DNA from: Stegostoma tigrinum
Lineage: Eukaryota
Length of the DNA: 64,000 nucleotides
Direction of reading: 5' to 3'
Assembly: GCF_030684315.1 (NCBI RefSeq)
Contig: NC_081360.1
Location: 31,727,818 to 31,791,817 of the forward strand
Shown piece after piece: positions 11,380 through 40,500 of the stretch (position 1 is its first letter; every line of letters begins with the position of its first letter). The notes under the pieces were generated by a model. The model had not been told where the DNA came from. It worked only from the letters and a program-made list of their open reading frames with translations, and did no database searches. The position numbers and the translations under genes were made by a program.

Positions 11380-13070
11380 CTTGTCCATCTAAACTTATGT
11401 TCTCTCTCCTCTGATATTTACTGCCCTTTTATTGTCAGTCCTTCCATGTGACACTCTAACCCAGTTTGATGGTCACGCCCTTGACCTTGTCATTTTCATG
11501 CTGTCCTACTAGTCCTATCATATCAATTGCAGATAGGCTATCTCTGATCTCTTGCTTGCACCACTCACCATTCACATTCCCTCCATACCTCAAAACCAAC
11601 TTCCTTCCATATCTGTCTCTAGAAAAATCTATCCTGCAATTTTACTTACAGCTGCAATTTCAAAATCTGAAACATCAAGCCTTTAGCTCTCTATTAACAT
11701 TTCTGCAACTACTGATTTACTCAACTGCACCCTCATCTCCACCTTGGTGTCCTAGTCACTGTTAAACCATATGCCCTTCCACTGTGGCTGGTTCCTCAAA
11801 ATGAACCACATCTCCAACTCCAAGGAACACAACTAAAACAGCAGATAACTGCTTTAGCCATCACTGCCAAATCTGATTGAATCACTAGTGGTCCTGCTGT
11901 TGCCAGTTAAACTTTGTCACTATTCCTGGATCATACTGAGAAGCCAGATTTCAGCTTCTTTTCTGTACTGCAGACTGTATTTCTAAGCCCTTCTTCCTGT
12001 TCACTCCTATCTTCGCTTTGAATGAGAATTATAATACTCTTGTCACAGATGACACAATCTAACCAGCTTGTTCTGCAATGTTTTCCACTTCCATTTCCAC
12101 TAGCCCACCTGACTAAATTCCTTAAATGTTTCCCTGTGCCCGAGCACTGCACTCTCATTTTTCTATTTTCTGCCATTATCTCCTAAAGCCTTCAACTGAA
12201 TTCATTTTGTCCATGAGATCTACCTTCTGGTCAAACTGATTACCCCTGCTGGCACCCACATCTGCTAATATTATGAATATCAGTTCTCTCTTTCTTCAGG
12301 TGTTGTTCTTTCCTCCTTTAAGTCTGCTTTAAATTACTCTGACTTCAAAAAAAAACTTGCCAACTATCAATTCATCTCCAACCTGCTTTCCTTTCTGAAG
12401 TCCTCGAAGACCAAATTCATTCCAAATTTTTTGATTGCTCCAATTAGGTTTCCACTCCTTCTGCAACCTCTGACATTACCATCCTCCAACATCTCTGCAC
12501 TGTTACTCAGCAGATTGAAACTGTTCTCTAATGATTCTATTCTTATCTAAACATAACCAGAGAATCATTCAAAATGGAAAACCGAAAGAACTGTGAATGC
12601 TGGAGTCAGAAGCAAGACCTGAAATTGCTGGAAAAATTCACCTGGTCTGGCATCTTTGTAGAGAAAGCAGAGTTAACTCTTGAGTCCAGTGACCCTTCTT
12701 CAGAAATGAAACAAGTTCTGAAGGAGGATCACTGGATCCCTGGAACTGAAATGTTAACTGCTTTCTCTTCACTGATGCTGCCAGGCTTGCCTTGTTTTTT
12801 CCCGCAATTTCTGGTTTTGCTTATCATTTGGAATGGCTTCTCTTCCTGCTCCAACAACATTATCTCTCATTTTTTCTAGGATCGATCTTTGACAATGCCT
12901 TCCCATTTCTCGTCTACATGCTGCTTTTTTCAACATCAGTTAAAGACAATGCAATTTTTTTTACATGTAGCCTGATAACACCCAGTTCTATTAGCACACT
13001 TCAATCGTTGCCTTATTATCAGACTCATTATTTATCATCCATTCATGAAAGAAGAGTTACAGAGTGACAG
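11380..13070 (+). mobile_element. Highly degraded L2/CR1-clade LINE fragments
   Basis: Pyrimidine-rich tract with a GHALDL-like endonuclease remnant near 11470 and RT-like remnants. It is interrupted by a fold-back element at 12579. Confidence 0.45.
12579..12822. mobile_element. Miniature fold-back Penelope pLTR element (family 2)
   Basis: Inverted arms are centred on ...CCCTTCTTCAGAA / TTCTGAAGGAGG..., with degenerate hammerhead cores. Degenerate TSD atcatt..aatgg. Confidence 0.7.
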
Positions 13071-13099
13071 GACCTAATGCAAATTTAGACATACGTAGC

Positions 13100-13210
13100 A
13101 AAGAGACAGCAGTGATGTCATTGGACAAGTAATCCAGACTCTCCAAGTTAATCTTCTGGGAAACATGGGTTAAAATCCCACCATGGCAGTGGTGAAATTT
13201 GAATTCACAA
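13100..13210 (+). mobile_element. SacSINE/Deu-type SINE head fragment
   Basis: AGTAATCCAGA...GGGTTAAAATCCCACCATGGCAG...AAATTTGAATTCA. The reverse complement of the same head is at 61880-62000. Confidence 0.55.
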
Positions 13211-14443
13211 AGGGCTGTTACGGTAGCACCGTCTCTGGTCCAACATAGCTGGCTTCTCGTCCCATCTGCCCCAGTCACATCATGAACATGTCCAAAAAGG
13301 TCAAGTAAATTAAGTACACCTCTCCACTTCTCTACCTCACTTGCCTTTTTTGAGACACTCCTCAAAGCCTCCCACTTTGATCAATTGTTCATTTAATTTC
13401 ATGTAGCTCTGTGTCCTGTTTTTCTTAAAATAATGCACTGTCCCAACACCTTTAATGTTTCATTACATTAAAAAGGGCTCCAGATATTGTTTCAGGTATA
13501 GCTTTAAGAAAGCTGTTGATGAATAAACAACTATATATCCTTGTTTTTCCAGGATGATCCTGGTGTATGGAGCAATTTTAGTAGAAGTGAGCAAGATCCA
13601 ATAATGTTTCATATGATTACATCTAGCCTGACTGTGAATGGCCAAACCAGTTGTGCACCACATGTACTAAATACCCCTTGAACTGAAGTAAAGCTGGGGC
13701 TAAATAACCAGAGAGAAAGGACATTATGGAGGTGAAAATAATCAATCAACAGGGGAGGCGACAGAGCAAGTGCACAGATCAAAAGATGAAGTAGCGCGGC
13801 TAACAGAAGGCCAATGAGCAGCTGAAAATAGCATTTTAATTGGAGTTTCTTCCAGGTTATACCTGGAAGGAACTGAGGGTAGGAGAGAGCTGAGAGCAAT
13901 TAGAAAAAGCAGCAAACAGATGTTGTCATATATATTAAATGATGGAAACAGGTCACAAGACAACACAAAGGACTGCCTTTAAACAGAATTATAGGAAGAG
14001 GAGGAGAAAAAGCAGTGAGATTGTGATTGTTGGTGTTTTCAATGAGGCAAAGCTGAAGGATGTAAAGAATGAGCATCTTATAATTAGGGTAGTCTTGGAC
14101 GGACAGTACAGAATGAGGATTTTAAAAATGAGCAACGATAAAGAAAATTCCTCACTTAGAATGTATTGAAATACTTGTGTGTTTCATGCAAAATGAACTA
14201 GTACTTCTGCAGATCACTGTAGTCATATTGACAGTCTTAGATGCATTTTCCAGATGTCCATGGCACATTTACCAAGTGATTTTACTGCCACCCTTTCAAA
14301 AGTTGGAGTTTTCAAAGTGAAATGAATCACTTCTGAAACAAGTTGACTAGTTTAGATTCATAATTTTATGTTTATTATTGGAAAATTCAACTAGCAATGA
14401 GATCAATCACAGTAAAACAGAAACTTGTGTGTTTGACATTGAA

Positions 14444-14449
14444 TTTATT
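14444..14449 (-). terminator. hspe1 polyadenylation signal
   Basis: AATAAA on the minus strand, about 100 nt after the stop. A second one is at 14371-14376. Confidence 0.7.
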
Positions 14450-14548
14450 GTACCAAAGCTGGAAAAAGTGGTATTTACAGACTAAGACAAAAAGACAGCA
14501 ACTTCATGGAATGGCCAGTTTCTTAAAACTGAAAGAAACATCCAACAT

Positions 14549-14599
14549 TCATGCTGTGTATTTTCCAAGAATATCTCCATCTCTAAACAAGTAGTAATC
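14549..14599 (-). CDS. hspe1: hspe1 coding exon 4
   Basis: DYYLFRDGDILGKYTA* after a ttcctcag acceptor. Confidence 0.96.
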   Translation of the reverse strand, partial: DYYLFRDGDILGKYTA

Positions 14600-16096
14600 C
14601 TGAGGAAGAAAATAAAAATCATCAAGGAGAAAGAAATCAATTTCTAAATACAGTCAAAAGAACTACTAAGACAATAGTACCAACCTTATCATCCAAGACA
14701 ACTTTAGTCCCTCCATATTCTGGGAGTAGAACTGTTTCACCAACTTTTACATTAACGGGGTGAATATCACCATTCTGAAATGAAAATGCAAATGATCCAC
14801 AAATTAATGTTTGTGAACAGTGCTCTAGCCAAAGTTTATAATGCACCGTACAGAAATTTGCACTTTTTGCTTATCTGTGAATTTGCAGCAAGTTACAAGT
14901 AGTAGTACTTGTAACTTGCTGCAAATTCACAGATAAGCTTTCTAATTATACCTAAGAGAAATTATACCTAAACTTAATAAAACAAAACAGCAGGCCACTT
15001 TGGAACACAGTATAAAAATATAATCTATTGGATCAGACTTTGTTAATGTAATAATCACAAGCATTTAGTTGATTAGGATTTTGTTTTCAGAAAACTACCT
15101 TTACTCGGCTGCCAGGTCCAACTGCTACAACTGTTGCTTGAAGTACTTTACCCTGGGATTTTTCTGGAAGCATGATGCCACCTTTTGTTACCTTCTCTGC
15201 TGCCACCCTTTCCACCAAAACACGGTCAAAAAGGGGCAGAAACTTTTTAAATGCCTGTCCTGCCTGTTAAAATAAAACGTTTCAGTTACCTATTAACCAA
15301 CAGGTTACAGACCACATATTGAAAGCTTTACCACTTCTGAGATCTACAAATAAAAAGGTCAACCCAAAATGAATCTTGAGAGAAAAAGTGATAGCTGAAT
15401 TTTTTTGTTATAAAGAACTAGATAACCTGTCCTTAGACTGTTAGCTTAGTTTTCACAGCTATTATGAATATATATAAAATAAACTCCTAAATGTAACATC
15501 ATTAGAAATAAAAAACCATGATCCAAATGCTGAAAATGTAACATATTACCTTAAGAAGGGCGTAAAACAGCAGCTGAAGATATTAATATGGAAAAAAATT
15601 ATTTCTCAACATAAATGTTGAGGACATTTAAAAATCAAGCTCATTTGACCTTGAAACTGTCCCCAACATCAAATCTAAAATCGTTAAATAAGTTGCACGT
15701 AACAGATCATCATTTTTATCCAAATGTCGGTGTGGTTACATAGTAACAAACGTAGTTCTTCAATCCATTACTTTTGTTACAAACTGATCTGTAGTAGCGA
15801 GACAGGTCACAAGCACATTTGTCCTTTCATTCATCAGGATTGTAACCAGTCGGTGGCCTGGCGAATCATTTCCCTGCTAGAGTAGGAATATTTCAAAAGG
15901 ATCATATTCCCTGTTTGAACTGAGCTATCAAACACGATAAATTATTTTGTATCCAGCACATGCTCAACTGGATTTAAAACAACGCAACTTACCATTTCAA
16001 CATCAGGAAGTCACAAAAATACTTATCAAGAACAATACGTAAATCGGTTTATTCTTCTCATTCAGTATATCACAAACAAAAACGTAAGCTTACCAT
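14549..16096 (-). CDS. hspe1: 10 kDa heat shock protein, mitochondrial (Hsp10/GroES), 102 aa, 4 coding exons
   Basis: Join of complement(16094-16096, 15099-15263, 14685-14774, 14549-14599) = 309 nt. All introns are GT-AG. Protein: MAGQAFKKFLPLFDRVLVER...KGGIMLPEKSQGKVLQATVVAVGPG...VLLPEYGGTKVVLDDKDYYLFRDGDILGKYTA*. Confidence 0.98.
14685..14774 (-). CDS. hspe1: hspe1 exon 3
   Basis: NGDIHPVNVKVGETVLLPEYGGTKVVLDDK, 90 nt, AG/GT bounded. Confidence 0.97.
14869..14938. repeat. Perfect 33-bp inverted repeat with 4-nt loop (hspe1 intron 2)
   Basis: GCTTATCTGTGAATTTGCAGCAAGTTACAAGTA-gtag-TACTTGTAACTTGCTGCAAATTCACAGATAAGC. Confidence 0.95.
15099..15263 (-). CDS. hspe1: hspe1 exon 2
   Basis: AGQAFKKFLPLFDRVLVERVAAEKVTKGGIMLPEKSQGKVLQATVVAVGPGSRVK, 165 nt. 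Confidence 0.97.
16094..16096 (-). CDS. hspe1: hspe1 exon 1 coding part (ATG only)
   Basis: GGC ATG|GTAAGC, matching the vertebrate ATG-only first exon. An alternative ATG|GTAAG lies at 15993-15995. Confidence 0.75.
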
Positions 16097-16099
16097 GCC

Positions 16100-16650
16100 T
16101 GCTACCACTTCCAGAAAGCACTAGAAATAAGACACCTCCCTGCAGCAGCAATTATGGCAGTCTCTCCACGTGAGGAAATACCTTCGAACCCGAAGACATG
16201 ACCTCGAACGTCAGAGGAATGTTACATTTCAGAGGCATTTTCTAAACTGAAATCCACACCTGAGCAAAACTTTGGCAGCATTTTACACTCATAAACACCC
16301 AAAGTAAATTTTGTTGCAATTTTAGAGAAGAAATCAAGAAATAAAATTATTGCGCAATAGAACTGTGCACTTTGACCCAACCTACGTTAAGCGTCTGGAA
16401 GTTTCTGGAACTCGAACCCCTGAAGCTGTATATGAACTGCTTCGCGTGCCTGCTTTTAGTTACAAGTTGGTACTAAATCCTATGAGTCTGGTGCTGGGAT
16501 ATCCATTGGTGGTAGTGAGTAGGTGGCTATTTGCTTGTCGAAATGTTTTGGCAGCTGTGTACCTGGAAGTGTTGGTGGTGTTAGAGTATCCAGAGTAAGG
16601 GGCGGGCGGAGACTTCTCCCCGCTGCAAACCCACGTGTTCTCCGAGTGAG
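16100..16650. promoter_or_regulatory. Bidirectional hspe1/hspd1 promoter
   Basis: Lies between the divergent genes. HSE gGAAgtTTCtgGAAc 16397-16411, gapped HSE 16108-16127, C/EBP palindrome ATTGCGCAAT 16349-16358, E-boxes CACGTG at 16167 and 16632, ATTGG near 16505 and a GC box near 16600. It should include the non-coding hspd1 exon 1 (donor uncertain: 16595 or 16646). Confidence 0.85.
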
Positions 16651-17148
16651 ACTTGGGCTCAGTCCTGGCGGTTGTGTAGTTTGCGTAGCTGTGGAATTTG
16701 GTTGAAGCTAGGGCTATTACTGTCTTGTTTACTACTTGTTTTTCTAAATAAACATTTTAGTAAGTGGTATTATGCAGAAATCGGTTTGGTTCGTATATTT
16801 TTGAAAAATTTTGCAAGCTACAGGCGTTTCCTTCTATGCCAATGGATTGAGACAATGAATGAAGACGAGGAATCAGAGTTCCAATGCTGGATGTTAGACA
16901 GACTAGCAGTTACATGTTATCTTTACAGACCTGAAGTCTCTCTTAGTCTAATTTGAGGCATATTAGTTACTTTTGTTTTGCATTCCTCGTTATTTTGCGG
17001 ATTGTTGAAGTACTTTAATTTGACCTTGTGACGTGTGTCCCCTAGCGACGTGTGGGGAGGCCCATGTTACTGACACCATACGCTTTTAAAAAATTTAACG
17101 TGTAGTTAAAAGGTTGATCGGTATTATTTCTCTTCTCCACTGCAGATA

Positions 17149-34913
<17,765 letters not shown>

Positions 34914-35141
34914 TTCCTTGGTCTCTTTTCATAGGAAAAGAGTTAGACATGTTAAATATGGTCAATTGAATGGCTGCTTCCACTGAGATTACCAGATGAA
35001 TGAATATAAACTAGGCTGAACAGACATAGCTCTATTGAAATATTTCTAATTAAGTTAATGCAGCCATGTTGGACTGTGCTGGATCTCAAGCAATTTGTTT
35101 ACTGCCCTCAGTCAGTACTATTGTAATTTATTTTATATTGA

Positions 35142-35339
35142 ATTAAAAATCCACATTTGTACATTCCTTGAAGTACTGAAAGTGTAAACCACCTGAAAGG
35201 CATTGGTTATGGTAACAGTGCTGTGCTGATATTAAGTAACAAATTAAATGATCAAGGCAGGTTTTCTGTGAAAAACAAGACTGATCTGTACTCTTTCCAG
35301 TGCAGTATGAGTATATCATGTAATATTGCCATAAATAAA
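35142..35339 (+). terminator. Candidate hspd1 polyadenylation signals
   Basis: ATTAAA at 35142-35147 and AATAAA at 35334-35339. Confidence 0.55.
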
Positions 35340-36247
35340 GCAGATGGCTCACATTTTGACTTGTGGGGTAGTTTAATAGTTAAGTGTTTTTTTTTCCTAA
35401 AAGATCATGATTGCTATTAAAATGATCAGATTGAGCATAGACAATTTAATTGTGCATTCCTGAATGCTCTATATACACTCAGATGTCAGTTTGGAAACCT
35501 TATGGAACTTTAGAACATTTAATGGGTTTTGAAATTTGTTTGGGAAATCTTAGGCACCTGGGTGGGTATGAGTGGGGAGGTTAGCAGGGTGATACTGTCT
35601 AGTGTTGTAATTACCACCTCCACTTCCTCTAGTAGCTCCTTCAATGCATGCATTATTTTATTTAGAGAGGTCCCTTTAAAATCTCCCTGTTTAAACACAT
35701 ACCCTGTAGTTTTGCACATTCAATCTGCAAAAAGGACTTAGCTCTATACCCCACCTGATTATGAACAAAGGTCACCCCTCTAGAATGGAACCTAGTAGGC
35801 CTAACTGGTGTCTTTTATACAGCTAGAATGTGACATCTCAAATTCTTATACTCAATGCATTGAGCAGTAAAGGCAAGTGTACCAAATGCTGCCTTTTACT
35901 ATTTTATACACCTATGGATTTTCTTCAAAGGAACTAGACACCTACATATGGGCATAACCCATGATACTACCATTAAGGGTAGACAATTCCTGCAGCACCT
36001 CACATTTGTCTAAATTAAACTGCACATGCCACATCTCAGCCTCCTTCACTGTCCACTACAGTAGCACTTTGTCATCTGCAACCCTTTTTTATTCACCCAC
36101 TTTTTCCTAAAAATGCTGATTAAACCATTAATAAAGTTTACAATAATAATGCTCATTATTAAATCTAGTATTTCATCTTTTTGGAAGTAGCTTACAACAA
36201 AATCATGAGGCACAAATAACATTTTAAAATCATAAATACACCATAAT

Positions 36248-36253
36248 TTTATT
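36248..36253 (-). terminator. Candidate distal coq10b polyadenylation signal
   Basis: AATAAA on the minus strand at the end of a repeat-free AT-rich tract of about 1.1 kb following the stop. Confidence 0.5.
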
Positions 36254-37355
36254 GTCCCAGTTAAAAACTGGAGCTAGTTTCTATGGAATACAGGGGCAAT
36301 TAAATTATAACTGCCCAAAGATGACTTAATACTTCACAGTACTTACATGTGCACACTTTCATCCATGATTAAGTGAATGAGTGTTCCCTGTTTTGACCCA
36401 ACACACACACAGGTGTAACCAGTACAAAAAAGGTTTAACTCATGCAAATAGAAACTTATGCTACTTCTAACGTGGCCTATTTAAAAGGAGAGGACAACAT
36501 GTTCAAAGATTTCAATATCATACAAGGGGCTCAAGTTCAGAAGATTAATTTTAGTTCTTTGTGGAGGGGAGCAAGAATTAAGGAAACAAACTCACGTTGT
36601 ACTTGCACGTTATTGGCAAAGACTGGAGAACATGACAAGCTGCCATGCAAGACTGGCAAAGGAGAAAGGCTGAAATCTTACTTGTATTGGATAATTCATT
36701 TGTTAATCTACATTTAAAACAAGGTTTTAAGAGTTCTTGGTGCTTGAATGGAGCACTAAATTGAGACTAGCTATGAATTTTGTTTCCATAGATTAACACA
36801 AAATATTAAGCTGTTATGACAATTGGACTTGTAGATGCATTCATCTTAGGGGAGACAGACTTAAGAAAATAGTTAAGGCATACAGCTTAAAATGACATGA
36901 AAATCTGTCAGCCTTTGAATGTATAAAGTGTGACTTTCTGGAATTAGTGTTTGACACTAAAATTTAACTGCTCATGTTACCTGAACAGCCCAAAATATCT
37001 CTTCATAAATAGAAGGTTGACTGCCTTCTCCATCTGCACAGGTTACAAGTTATTGCAGCCAGTCCAGCTTAATGCTGCACAACATGTGGACAAATTACAT
37101 TTAGTTACAGCTGAAATATCTGCACTTTATATACATGTATACTTGCATCTATATAATGCATTTTCTATATATGTAACACTTTGCCAGAGGGGCTTTCCAA
37201 GATGATTACAGTGTCATATTATAAAATCAAGTTATACATGTAGGTAAAGAAAAAATCGCTCCCACATTTGCAGATGTGGAAAAGCACCACACTAATAAAT
37301 AAATTATACAACTTTTTTTTAAAGGGGACCTACAACGGCTCCTTCCAACCTTTAT

Positions 37356-37523
37356 TTACGTCTGATGCACCTCGTGAAGCATAAGTTCTCGTGGGATGTT
37401 GGTTTCTGGACCATACATTTTCTTTGCTCTTCTTTCAAAGGCTGCTACCATCTGCTTAACAACTTCATCAAAAAAAACAGTGGCAAGTTGAGAGTGCAGC
37501 AAAGAACGGAATTCAAAAGAAAT
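37356..37523 (-). CDS. coq10b: coq10b exon 5
   Basis: [55 protein letters not shown]. Confidence 0.96.
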   Translation of the reverse strand: MSFEFRSLLHSQLATVFFDEVVKQMVAAFERRAKKMYGPETNIPRELMLHEVHQT

Positions 37524-40500
37524 CTGTAGGTTTAAAAAAAAACACAACATTAAACAGAGTTCTCTTTTACACCTCAGAACAGTACAGAAAACTAACTTGT
37601 TTAACTTAATACAAATTTAAAATCCAAAAGGCAATTACATCATCTGTGATCTAACCAAAGTTATGAGAACTTTTCCACATGTTCCTGGACTTGTCAGTTT
37701 ACACCAATTTTTTGCTTCCAGAATTAGGTCTCTGCTTTAATCACCACGGTCTTGGTCATCTTCCCATTCATTCTTAATCCATGTTGGTATGGTCAAGTTG
37801 GACCAAAGGGTCTGTTTCCATGCTGTACATCCCTTATGACTATATAAATTCCTGAGGGGAGGTGCTCAGATCTTAACAGTAGTTCGAGGAGGATATAAGC
37901 AGGGTTTGTATAACTGCAGCATAACTTCTGTATCCTTGTATTCCAGTCCTCTTGGTATAAAAGGCGAGCATTCATTAGCTTTCTTGGTTATTTTCTACAC
38001 CTGCTAGTGACATTTGAAAGATCTACACACATGAACTCCCAAGTAACTTTGGACATATGTATTCAACTTTATACCATCTAGAAAGTACCCTGATCTATCC
38101 TTAGATAAGGTGGTGTAGAGCTGGATGAACACAGCAGGCCAAGCAGCATCAGAGGAGCAGGAAGGCTGACATTTCAGACCTAGACCCTTCTTCAGAAATG
38201 ACTTCAGAAGAAGGGTCTAAGCTCGAAACGTTGGCCTTCTTGCTCCTCTGATGCTGCTTGGCCTGCTGTGCTCCTCCAGCTCTGCACCTGGTTATCTCGG
38301 ATTCTCCAGCATCTGCAGTTCCTACTATCTCTGATCTATCCTTAGATCCTATAACTATTTGATCACATCATAAGCAGAGAGAACAGACAGAATTATCAAA
38401 GATCAACCAAAACCACAACAGGAAACAATAGAGAAAAAAAATGACTGTTACAATGGCCTGGATGCAACTGACCTATGAGAAAATATGGAAGGTCAGCACA
38501 AGACAGGTGAATATCCACAGCTGTCAACCTTCAGAGAACATAACACCAATGCACAAACATCATTTACAGATCTTAAAACAATTTGAGGTATAGCTGAAAG
38601 GAACCTTTACAGTACAGTCACTGTTGCGATGCAAGAACCTGGAGGACATCTAAAAATTTCCTTTTATCCCTGATTTGCGCTAAATTATGTTTATACATCA
38701 CCCCTAAGCTCATTGACTTACAATGGCTCCAAGACCACAAATAATTCAAATTTTAAAAATTGTCAACCTTATTTAAAAATCTCTCTAGGGTTTCACCCTC
38801 TCCCTAGTCTACAATGCCGGAAGATTTGCGTTTCAAAGTTCTCTACCTAGCCAATTCTGGCTTTTTTTGTGTTTCTTAATCACTACAACTTTGATCGTCG
38901 TGTTCAGCAGTCTTGCCCCAAACGTATGAATCCCCTAACCTGGCCTCTGATATTCAGGCCACTCTTTGCACATTTATCCTATATCTCAACTGCAGCAAGG
39001 TGGTAGAAATCAGAAGCAAAAGAATCAGTATCTTTGAAGAAAGTCAAATGTTTCATAAAGCCTAAAAACATTAAGTAAACACAAATGTAAAAAAACAAAA
39101 AACCTGGATGCTGGAAATCTGGCAAAAACAGAAGTTGGTGGACATATTTACAGAGCTAATATTTCACATCCACTTGTTATCTCAGATTCTCCAACATCTG
39201 CAGTTCCCATTATCTCTGATTTCAAATCCAGTGATTCTTTTGCCGGACACAAAGTTCTATAGAAGGGTCACTGGACTCAACGTTAACTCTGCTTTCTCTC
39301 CATGGATGCTGCCAGATTGCCGAGTTTATCCAGGAGTTTCTGTTTTTCGTTGTACAAGTGCAATTAATTGTTTTGTAAAAGGCAAATACATTTCAAATAA
39401 TACTGATCAAAGAATAAGCATTGACTATGACACCAAAAAATATTGCCAAGGAATTAGAAAGAGCATTATGGGTTTTGTGTTTATATTAAGTGTTCACTAG
39501 AACAAATCTGTTTAATTTTGGAGCCAAAGACTACACTTCACCCAGAGCACAGCAGACCCTCATTACTGCTGTAATTAGCCTCAACTGTGCACTCAAATTT
39601 CTACAGTGGAACATGAATCCACAATCTTCTGACTCAGACAAGAATATCACCATCGAGCCACAGCTGACACTTAGATCAGGCGTTCCTTCTCCTGTGAGGG
39701 ATTATTCTTCCTCATCTTTTCCATTAACAGAAATAGGCACCAATGCAAGTTGAAGAGCTTTTATGACAAAGATAACCTTGTTACCACCTATTTCCAAATT
39801 GAGAGAATACACAGTTATAAGTCTGCACAAAACTATTAGATGAGTACTCAACCAATGACAGGACACTGTAAAACTCATAGGAGCAGAGGGATCTTGGGGT
39901 GCTTGTCCACAGATTCCTAAATGTGGCAGGACAGATTAATAGGGTAGTTTAGGCAACATACAGGACACTTGTAATCTATGTGAAGACTGATAAAAGCAAG
40001 TAGGGGAGGTCATGTTGGAGCTGTACAAAAAAAAACTTCGAAGGCCACAGCTGAAGTGTGCCTGGAATTTTGGTCAACGGACTATAGGAAGGATGAGATT
40101 ACACTGGAAGAGGTGCAGAGGAGATTGATCAGGATCAGCAGCCATTCCCCTTAGATGAAGGATCAACAACAAAAGGGGCATAATGAAAGACAGGTGGTAA
40201 AGAGGATTTGAGAAAGATTCTCCCTCTCCCCCAGCATCCAGAGGGTGGTAAAAAAACCTGGAATGCACAGCCCCGGAGGGCAGTTGAGGCAGGAAACCTC
40301 AACTTTTAATAAAGTACTTGGATGAGTAACCAAAAAGGTTGTCACATTCAAGTGCTGAGAAATGGAACTAATGTAGATTTAGAGTATTTTTTGTCAGTCC
40401 ACACCGGAAAAGCATCTTCTATATTGTAGCATTCTACGGAATATCTACAAAAGAAGTTAGAGGATATCCAACATTAAACTTCAGGGATGGAGCAACAGCA

